64,000 nucleotides of DNA, taken from Lama glama. Taxonomy: Eukaryota. The translations under genes were made by a program, and so were the position numbers. The notes under the pieces were generated by a model. The model made no database searches. It was not told where the DNA came from and saw only the letters and a list, made by a program, of their open reading frames with translations. Of the stretch, positions 54,001-64,000 are shown piece after piece (positions within the stretch are counted from its first letter, which is position 1; the number at the start of each line of letters is the position of its first letter). The DNA is taken from positions 102,736,001 to 102,800,000 of the forward strand of contig CM052817.1 in assembly GCA_028534125.1 (NCBI GenBank), in the 5' to 3' direction.

Positions 54001-57000
54001 TTATAGCAAACATGATTGCTTTCACTTTCTTTCCTTTTCTCCTCTTAGGACACAAACTACAAATATTTTGAACAATGAAAATCCAAAGAAAGAGAGAAGG
54101 AAGGAGGATGAAGAGTTACAAAATTTTCTCAGAATGTCTGCATAAATAACTCAACAATTGAGAATTCTATCAATGATTCATTTGAAATTTTCTAGCATTT
54201 TCATACTGTGGGCATGGATTTTTAAAAATAGATTTTATTAGTAAGAGAAACAAATGTTTTACTGAGTAGAAATAAAAACATTTAATTTTTGCAGATGGAA
54301 ATTAGCCTCCTTCTTTGGAATGGACATATCTGATTTCCATTCCTTCATGTGAGATGAAGGAAAGGTCCATTATTAGGGGAAAAGGAGGTGGCATTTTCCC
54401 ATCAGAGGCCTGCAGAGGATCTCTGAGGCTATCAGAGGCCATCAGTCTATGAATAATACATACTGGACAGAACTGAAGTGGCAACCTGTATCAAGTTCTT
54501 GCAAGATTCAAAAATAAAAATTTTCTCTTTGCAGTAAGCTTCCTTGTCTGTAGGAAAAAGAAGTAAAGGTTCCATGCACCGGAACAGAAACATTTATGAA
54601 CAGACATACATATAATAAATGTTCAAATATAAAATAAACAGACCACGCACCGCCATGCACACACACTTACGCCCCATGCATGTGAGCATGCATACAAGGT
54701 TTCAACCCAAAGCTGTTGAAAAAATAACCTTCCAAAGGGCGCTGATAAGCTCTACTGAATGTTATGACACAGACAATTTGCTCTTTCCAAAATACGCAAA
54801 TATTTAAGTATCATTAATCATGAAACTTGGAACAGGATTCAGAATCATAGGAGAGTTTTAATTGTGTTACTGTTTGAAATTAATCACACTAATATTTAAA
54901 GTTTTGTTAAAATAATATCAAGTTGAACTAAAAACATCCATGTCCATTCCATGAGAGAAATGGCGTACAGGGGGAGCAACGTAAGAAATGTCTGTAAATA
55001 ATGAAAGGTGGGTAAGACGAGGAGGAGGTCAGCTGAAACCACCTGAATTTCAAGGTAAAAAAAACTGCACAAATGATTTTACCTGACTTCTGTATTTGTT
55101 ACAGACAGAAATTAACTGGGAGTCAAGAAATCTGGGTTTTACTGCATTTCTGTGACTGCACCAGTCCCTGGGTCCATCAGGGAAAGATCACATTACCGTT
55201 AAGTCACCCGTGAGGGAGACTGTCATTAAAGAGGTTTATCCTTCAAATCCTCTTTTCTGTCAACTGCAGAAGTCATCACTGAGGCCACCACCATGGGGCT
55301 GCCTCAAGGTGGACCGTCTATGCACAGTTCTCACTGCCTGAAGTCATCTGTCACATTATTCCCAAATAATGAACACTGCAGTTCGATTGTTCCACGAACG
55401 AGAAGTTTCCCAAATGCTGCTGGTTTTACATATGTAAAATCCTACTAGTATTCCTTTAAGTTTAACCCATTTTAAGAAAAATAAGTTTGTTCTGAGTAGA
55501 ATACAGTTAACTTTGTTTAATCACTTAAAATTACTAAACTATATCATGTATACCTGTGAAGATTTGCATACTTGTGTTCAAATAGAACATCATATAAAAT
55601 GAAGTTTGGCTTGATTATCATATAATTATTGTTAATCTAAAAACTAACTTCCTTCAGTCAAAGAAAATAACAGTAATATATTGTTGGACCACATATCTTT
55701 TAGAAGATGCTATGCCATTATGTTCTAAATTACCTACTAAGTTTGACATATAATTTTGTATCATGTCCAAATAGCTTTACTTTGATGTCCTAATCTCCTT
55801 ATTTGCTTTGATATTATTTCATTATATTGCTTTATAAATACACTCTTAGAATCAGAACTACATGATGCTGACTCATGTAGAGGAGCTGTGGATTTTCTGC
55901 TGTATAAACCAATAACTTCTAGATTTTAAGCTATAGCACTTTTCATGATTAATCTAAGACATTAAATAAGAATTTATATGTGATATTTTCTTACTTTGAT
56001 GAACATGGAAGTGACAGAAATTGATATTAATTATTCTCCTAATAAGTTCTGAGAGTCATTCTTCCAATTCCTTTTCTTAGGTCTATAAAGTACTTATTTA
56101 AATTCAGAGGCTATGTGCAAAAGTAACTAAAATCTCAATATGATTATTTCATTAAGTAATTATATTTTTAAAAATAATGCTATTGTTTGTTTCACTGTAT
56201 TCATTAAAAATCTAAATATATTTCCTTGTGTTTTTTTTCTTCCTTGATGCATCACTTAACTGCAAAAAATCTAGAATTTATTTTTATGTAGTTTTTCTTT
56301 CCAAGTAATATGGAATCATCTATAATAAATACTATTTTTTAATTGAACTTCTTGATAATAATTCTTGGAAGAAGTATGTAGAAAAATAGTTAAATGTTAT
56401 TTTTCTCATTATGTTTTCATATATTCACAACCACTTCTAAAATTTTTAGAACATTGGTTGCAAACAGAGCCACTTAAGAGTAAGTCTCATAAAATATTTC
56501 TGGATTACCACACACAATCTAGCAAACACTTACCAAATTTTCTGTAAGATATTATAAACTAACTATAAAAATAAAAATTATAAAATTTAACTCAATTCAA
56601 AACACTTGTATTAATATTTATTAATTAATAAATAGATACATTTAAAAATTTCTTCATTCTCAGAGATCAAAGTCTATTAGGTAATGTTTTCAAATCTAGA
56701 AAATATTTGGGTAACAGGTGGAAATATGATATGTTTTTCTTCTAAAGATATTTTTATATTTAAATTAGATGAAAACTGAGAAAACTGGAGAAAAACTACA
56801 CTGCACTCTCTTTCCACCTTACACAAACATTCTTGGTATTGTTATATAGCAACTTTCAGATCTGCCCCCCTCCACATGCTTAGCTGAATGCACAATGCAC
56901 AGATAACTTTATACCTGGATTTTCATTAATATTTTACCATATACTACATTTTTACACCATGAAATCATTAAACCATCTTTATGGTGTGAAGGGTCCACAC

Positions 57001-58499
57001 AGTGAATTTGAATCTTGTTTCAAATTTCTGTCACTCTCATAGTGTATTGAAAATCTTTCTTTCAGATTTTGAAATATTTCTTTATAAAAGAGTTCCAAGA
57101 ATGGAATTTCTGAGGCAAATAGAACAGTCATTGTAATAACTCTTAATTCCTATGCTAAATTTATTTCTAAAGAGTTTGTCACAATAAACCCAGTAATGTG
57201 TTTTACCAATTCCCCTGAGTGAATTTTAACATAAAACATCCTGCAATTTTGTTTGTGAAATATTCCCATGATGTACATGCCTACTTCCCAATAAATATGA
57301 TGAATTATTTGACTTTTAACACATGATTATATATTATACTTAAAGCATTATTAGAGCTCTAAAATAATATTTTATTTTATTTTTTTCTAAAATAGTATTT
57401 TCAATGTGAATAGAACCTATACATTAAAATGGGCAATCTTTTGTAAATTATGATTTGATAAGATGATCACAATCAGTACATTCAATAACCTTGCCCTCTC
57501 TTTGTTGCACCACACCAGCTTTTCTTCACAAGTATTTTTATCTCCCCTTTTTCTGAGCAAACATCTTCCTCACTAACAGAAACTCCCAAGAGCTTAAATG
57601 TGAAGTAGATCTAATTACTTATCTGGGTCTACAGTATTTTAAATGTGAATCTGAAAAACTGCCAAGACTTTTCAATGAATCAAAAAGAAAACACTGGAAG
57701 TTTATACTTAATTATCTTGGACTTTACAAAATAACAATCTAATAAAGAAGTGAAAAGTGTATCTGTTGTTTTCCAGGTCCCAAATATGTCGAGTGTAACT
57801 TGTAACTAACACCATTTGCAAAGAGCATGATCAGCTCTTACGGTTAAAACAAACTAAGACAAACTGGGGTTTAAATGCTTTGTGACACTGAGCAGTTTAC
57901 TTAATCTCTCAGTGGCTTTATCTGTCAAATGAATATAACAATAAGAATATTACAGCTTTACTTTGATTTGTTAAGGAGTTAATGTATACATAATACGTTC
58001 TCAGGATGACAGCTACAATAAGAGAGTTTAGAGGGTTAATTTCTCCTTGAACTTCATTGTTCAGTTTACTTAATTACATTTCAGTATTATTGTCTCAAAG
58101 ACACAGACAAATAACCTGTCTCTGCAATTTGGAAATCTTTGCCTGAACAGAAATAGCAGAGAATGAATTTCAAATATTTTAGGTAACTTTAAATTTAACC
58201 ATATTTTGTCACCAGTATACGTAGCATGCCTCTTTTTAAAATTAAATTAAATGAATAATTAAAAGATTCTAAGTATTACTATTATGATAAAATTTACTCA
58301 CCTTATAATTTCAATTTTTAAAATAAGTATTTAGGTGCTTCTAAGATAAGAAGCCTTAACTCTAACCACTGGATCACCTAACATTTGTAAAATACATGAA
58401 ATTTATAGAATATTGAAGTCTAAGAAAGTCTTTCTTTCACTGAAATAGAATATTAAAATTCTACTTGAAATAATAAATCTTAAATGAATGTCTGAGAAT

Positions 58500-58765
58500 A
58501 ATTTTTACTTTTTGTTTTTATTTTTTATTATTTACCTACTTATTTTTATTGAAGTATAGTTGATCTACAATGCTATGTTATTTGAAGTGCACAACATTGT
58601 GCCTCAATATTTTTATAGACTGGCTATACTCCCCCTGCTGCACATTACATCCTTGTAGCTTATTTATTTTATATATAGTAGTTTGTACCTCTCAGTCCCC
58701 TCCCCCTCACTGGTCCCTCCCCCTTCTCTCTCCCCACTGATAACCACTAGTTTGTTTACTATATT
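58500..58765 (-). mobile_element. Short L1 3'-end insertion
   Basis: T-rich tail followed by 'ttttattgaagtatagttgatctacaatg...ccccactgataaccactagtttgtt'. A partial 'tgagaat' direct repeat lies at both ends. Confidence 0.8.
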
Positions 58766-59806
58766 TGAGAATTTTTAAAAGACAATTAAACCTGAGGGAC
58801 GGAATGAGAACAAGGGAGCCAAAATTCATTGGATTTGGAATGTACTTTCATATATGACTTAGACCTCAGTGGAACTTGTGAACCATTAACTTCAATTACC
58901 CTGAACGCCCCAAACAAACCCTGCACATTGTAAATCTCATTAATTTTAAACGCATGGGGACTGGAATAAATGGACTTTGAATTAACTCAATCCAAACTAC
59001 CTAATATTAAAACATAAATGGAATTCAGTTGCTTTAAATTGCTTGCCAGTGTGAAAGGCAGACAGATTGCTATACTAAGGCATATTATAATTTTATCTAT
59101 TTTTGCAATTTCAGAATAATACTTTTTAGAGGCACAATTTTGAAATTGGGAAAATAAGGGAATTTCACTGATGTTTCTATCTATTTTCTTAGCATTTAGG
59201 GGCCTTGAAACAAATTTCACCTTTTTAAGAGGGAATTTTTACCGTGAGCTGGTTCAACTAAACATTAAATTCCAACAAACACATATCAACTGCTAACTAT
59301 ATCTGATAATATATTGTTTTCAGTAAAATTATAATTTTCATATTTCTAGGTTTCTTGTTGCAATTATTTCTATAGTGATGAGGTAAAGTATGATTTTAAT
59401 AGCTACCGAATAAGAATGAAAATATGATAAGAAGAAGAATAAGAACCATGTTGCTAAGCAGTAAGAATAAAAAACAGATTGCTAAAATGGGAACACATAT
59501 TCCAAAAACAAAGAGAAATTATTTTGAAAAAGTCTGATATCACTATGCCCATCCTCTTCTAAAGAGTAAAGTCATTGTATGAAAATATTACCATAATAAT
59601 TTTGTGTTATTTTTTACTAGCCTTTGAAATATTTGGCTAGAATTTATCTGACTCAGGTTTTTGAGAGCTGCATTTCATCAGGGACCTTATTATTAATATC
59701 CTAACTTTAAGTAGAAAATTGTCAAACTAGGATAAATGTTCATGCATTCTATGCACCTCAAGTTAATTTACAATAAAACCACAAAGAATTGACAGCATAC
59801 AATTTA

Positions 59807-60043
<237 letters not shown>

Positions 60044-60881
60044 CTAGAAACAAACATGGTTACTGTAATCACCAGATCTGAAAACATCAGATGATGGGCA
60101 TTTATTTATGAAAAATTTATCACGTTTTTCTCTTTGTACTCCTGTGTTAGTCAAACTGGGCTTAACAGGTAAAGACAAAAATCAAGAAAAGTGTCCAAAT
60201 ATGAAGCAGACAGCATGAGAGTATAGATCCAAGAGATGTGTATACAAATATATGCTTATATATGTGTATTTACAGCAGCCATCTTTTCCAAAAAATACAG
60301 AGTTAAGGAAAACTGAGATGAATATTTGTTTAACAATCCATATGACTGAACTCTGGGCATGATGTGTACTTTGCAGTATGTCAACTCAAATGACTGGTTC
60401 TGTGATATTGATCAGGTGATAAATAAACTAAATTTTGCCAGAAAAATGGAATACTTTTTCTTTCTACTTGGATAGGATAACGTTACCAAGACTGAAGTTG
60501 TTTGATATTTACTTTCCTTTTGGATGTCAATATAATGAATAAGACAATGATGTTATAACTTAACCCAGTATTCTGTAAGTCAAGATTTTGCTCATGCATT
60601 TACTTAAAAAAAAATAAAAAAACTAAGACTTCAAACTGTGAAAATACACAGAATTTTGTTAACAGCCTTCCACAGAGTAACCTCATAAGTGTAAGAATTC
60701 CAGGATACGTTACAGAGTTTGTATAGACTCCTTCCGTGAATAAAGACTGCTACCATGAGGAAAAGGCTTTCAAACACAATGCTCCACTTACTTAAAACCA
60801 TCTAGCTTCCTTCCTCCTATATACAAACTTCTACCCTTCTTAGGAACATCTATCGATTAGTGAATCAAAAAGTCATTTCTG

Positions 60882-62610
60882 GATTTCCAGTCAAGATGGC
60901 AGAGTACTGGGACCATGAGCTTGCCTCTCCTCGTGACTACAACAAAACCACAACTGCCTGCTTTTACAATCATCAAAAAAAAAAAAAAAAAGACTGGACC
61001 CTAGCAAAAAAGATCTTCAACTGGAAACATAAAGAGGGAACCACAGCAGAACAGTAGGAGGGGTGTGCTCATGATATAATCGGGCCCCACACCCCCCTGG
61101 GTGGGTAACCCACAAGCTGAAGGCTAATTAAATCGCAGAGGCCCTTCCATAAGAGTGAGAGTTCTAAGTACCATGTCAGGTTCCCCAGCCTGGAGTTCCA
61201 GGACTGGAAGGAGGAGACCTCAGGACATCTGGTTTTGAAGCCCAGTGCAACTTAACTCCAGCAGCCCCATGGGTCAGGGGGAAACAGAGACTTCAGTCTC
61301 TTGGGAAGTGAACATAAAATCTCATGTGCACCAGGTCCAAGGGAAAAGCAGTGGTTTCAGACCTACCTGCTGACCTACTCTCTCCAAGAGTCTCCTGGGG
61401 AGGTAGGAGATGGCTGCGGCTCACCCAGGGGACATAAAAGCTAGTGGTGGACATTCCAAGAGAGACTGTTCATCTACGTGAACTTTCCTGGAGGCTGACA
61501 TTTTGATTGGATCATTAGCACCAAGACCCAGCCCCACACAATGGCCCAAGGCTTAAGTGCTGGGAAGCCTCAGGCCAAATAACATCCTGGGTGGGAACAC
61601 AGCCCCACCCATCAGCAGACTTCCTGAGTCACAGACTCCTCTAGACAAGGCCCTACTCACCAGAGGGCCAGGATCAAGCTTCACCCAGCAGGCACCTACT
61701 TACTCCTCCTGCCAGGAAACCTGCACAAGCCTCTAGTCCAGCCTCGTCGACCAGAGGGTAGACACCAGAAATAAGAAAACAACAATCCCAAAGTCTGTGG
61801 AAGGAATCCACAGACACAGGCCAGACTCTACCCTGGAACTGGCTGGAACCTGGCCCTCGGGTGACAAGGGAAGCGTGTACTGCTGAGACGTACAGGATGT
61901 CTCCCACAGAGGAGAAACGTAACTAACATGCCTAAAGATACAAACAGAAAGACAGACAATATGAGGCAGCAGAGGAATATCTCCCAGACCAAGACACAAA
62001 ATAAAATGCCAGAAGAGGAAATAAGTGATGAAAAGACAGGCAATTTATCTGAGAAAGAGTTTAAAGTAATGATGGCCAAGATGATGGGAGAACTCAAAGG
62101 AGCACAGATGTACAGAGTGAAGTTTCTAGCAAAGAGCTGGAAAATATACAGAATATCCAAACAGAGTTGAAGAATAAAATCACTGAAATGAGTATATATA
62201 TCTTTTTTAATTAATGTTTTTGTTTTTCTCAGATATATGCCCAGGAGTGGACTTGCTGGGCCATATGGTGGTTCTATCTTTAGATTTTTTGAGAAACCTC
62301 CATATTGCTTTCCATAGTGGCTGCACCAACTTGCATTCTCACCAATGGGGTACAAGGGTTCTCCCTTCTCCACACCCTTGCCAACATTTGTTATTTGTGT
62401 TCTTCTTGATGATGGCCATTCTGACAGGTATGAGATGATATCACACTGTGATTTGCACTTTCCTGATATTGGTGATGTTGAGCAAATTTTCATGTTCCTG
62501 TTGGCCATCTGCATTTCCTCTTTTAGAAAAATATCTATTCAGTTCTTCTGCCCATATTTTAAATACATTGTTTATTTGCTTTTTAATTGACGCACAGTTT
62601 ATTTTTTTTT
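60882..62610 (+). mobile_element. Rearranged L1: sense 5' UTR and ORF1 start followed by an inverted ORF2 3' fragment
   Basis: 60882-62190 is homologous to 40994-41770. 62200-62590 is antisense ORF2 end sequence. A perfect 15-bp direct repeat AAAAAGTCATTTCTG lies at 60867-60881 and 62611-62625. Confidence 0.88.
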
Positions 62611-63917
62611 AAAAAGTCATTTCTGACACAACTAATAGCTTTAGGGAAACTGAGGAAGTAGAAGCCATTCAATGCTTAGCTCACCTTAGAACTGGCAGGA
62701 AGATTCCTATTTTCAAAAAGTGTAGCTCATAGGAAAGCTTTTCTAAGATTACTATGAAAATATTTTCTTCATTTTAATATTCCCCCAAATTTCAGATAAT
62801 TATTAAAGAAAAATGATGTGTCATGTGGGTAACATATGTTAGAAATATAAATTATAGCTTTTCCCATCATAAAACTTACACATGATGTAAAGAAGATCTC
62901 AAAAGGTCTGCCGAGCTCTAAACTTCTACAATTCTTTGAAATACAAGTTCATCACACTTCAGACTTGAATTTCCTTTAAGGAAACATAAAAGTCTGCAAC
63001 ATCTTTTTTACCTCAAAGCCATTGATAAGAGATGAAAAAAGGCACAGAAGTGCCTTGACTACTACAAGCAGAATTTTCAAAAATTAATTAAAAAGAAAGA
63101 AGAAAAAGTAGGAGGGAGGAAAAAGAAGCAGAGATACATACACAAAGATCAAATTATGGTATAAAACCCACAAATATTACCAACATTATTGCCCAGACAC
63201 AAAACATTACATTTCTGTTCTCTCACTTCTTTGCAAGTATTCAACAGATATATAGCAAATAAAAAATCATTTTTAGAAGGAAATTTTATCATATTAGAAG
63301 TTTTGAATCTTGTTCATTTTAAAATAAACACAGAACGAAAGTTGTTGGGGGAAAGAGAAAAACAACAGAAAGTAGGAAAAGCTCAAAACAAACATTTGAT
63401 ACATTTTCTCTGGGCTTGAACCAGTGTTGACCAAGACACATACACGACAGAAAACTGGATCTTTATTACAGCAAATTGTATTTTGTAAAAGAAAGACAGT
63501 GTCAACTAAACGCATCTTTTATTGGGGTTAAGAAATTAATCTTTACTTGTAAACCATGAGCACATTCATAGTGAAAAACTACTTATATAGTGAAAATATA
63601 CCCATTTTCACAAGTAAAATATACCAGGTTCTCCTGAACAGGTAATTTTGTTATGACTTAACACGTGAATTTTGGTTAGTTTTTTCTAGAACAGTCTATG
63701 TGACATGACCCTAATGTTTTCATAGTACTTTAATACATGAGGAAAATGCTGCATGTTCATACACTAAATAAAAAACTCTCCCTGAGGAATTTTCAATCGC
63801 CCAGAAACAGTCTAAAATATCACTCAATGCCAACAGGAATTATAAGCAGTTGCAGAAATGAGAAACAGAGCAAAGAAAGACTACAGCATCTATACGATTG
63901 TACTCCTGAAATGTATC

Positions 63918-64000
63918 TTCCTTCTCTCCCTCCCTCCCTCCTTCCTTCCTTCCATCTATCCATCCTTCCTTCCTTCCTCCCTCTCTCTGTCTCTCTCTTT
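63918..64000. repeat. Polypyrimidine (CCCT/CCTT/CT)n low-complexity repeat
   Basis: Seen directly in the sequence. Confidence 0.9.

Noticed and set aside
61828..62514. 228-aa minus-strand ORF
   Set aside because: Chance fusion of the inverted L1 ORF2 tail with antisense ORF1/UTR sequence.

Overview
Mammalian genomic DNA, most likely a camelid: it carries a tRNA-derived Vic-1-like SINE and artiodactyl-type L1s. It is not prokaryotic, so most six-frame ORFs are spurious. The minus strand carries the last six coding exons of TLL1 (tolloid-like 1) from 60043 to 27205, all with intact GT-AG splice sites and one continuous frame, followed by a long 3' UTR. About 11 kb further downstream, in the same orientation, lies the 5' part of a MAP9 copy: a CpG-island promoter with three RFX X-boxes and three coding exons. 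This copy looks inactivated: ATG is replaced by GTG, two acceptor AGs are lost, a 2-nt deletion creates a TGA, there is a 1-nt insertion, and I could not find exon 5. TLL1 and MAP9 are far apart and oppositely oriented in human (from memory), so the L1-packed interval between them, which contains a 500-N gap, is a candidate rearrangement breakpoint. Other elements are a tailless 7SK retrocopy with a TSD, a full-length L1 nested inside another L1, a TSD-bounded L1 with an inverted 3' part, and several LTR, MIR and MER repeats. I found no convincing novel multi-gene system. Comparisons to human proteins and repeat families are from memory and need alignment.
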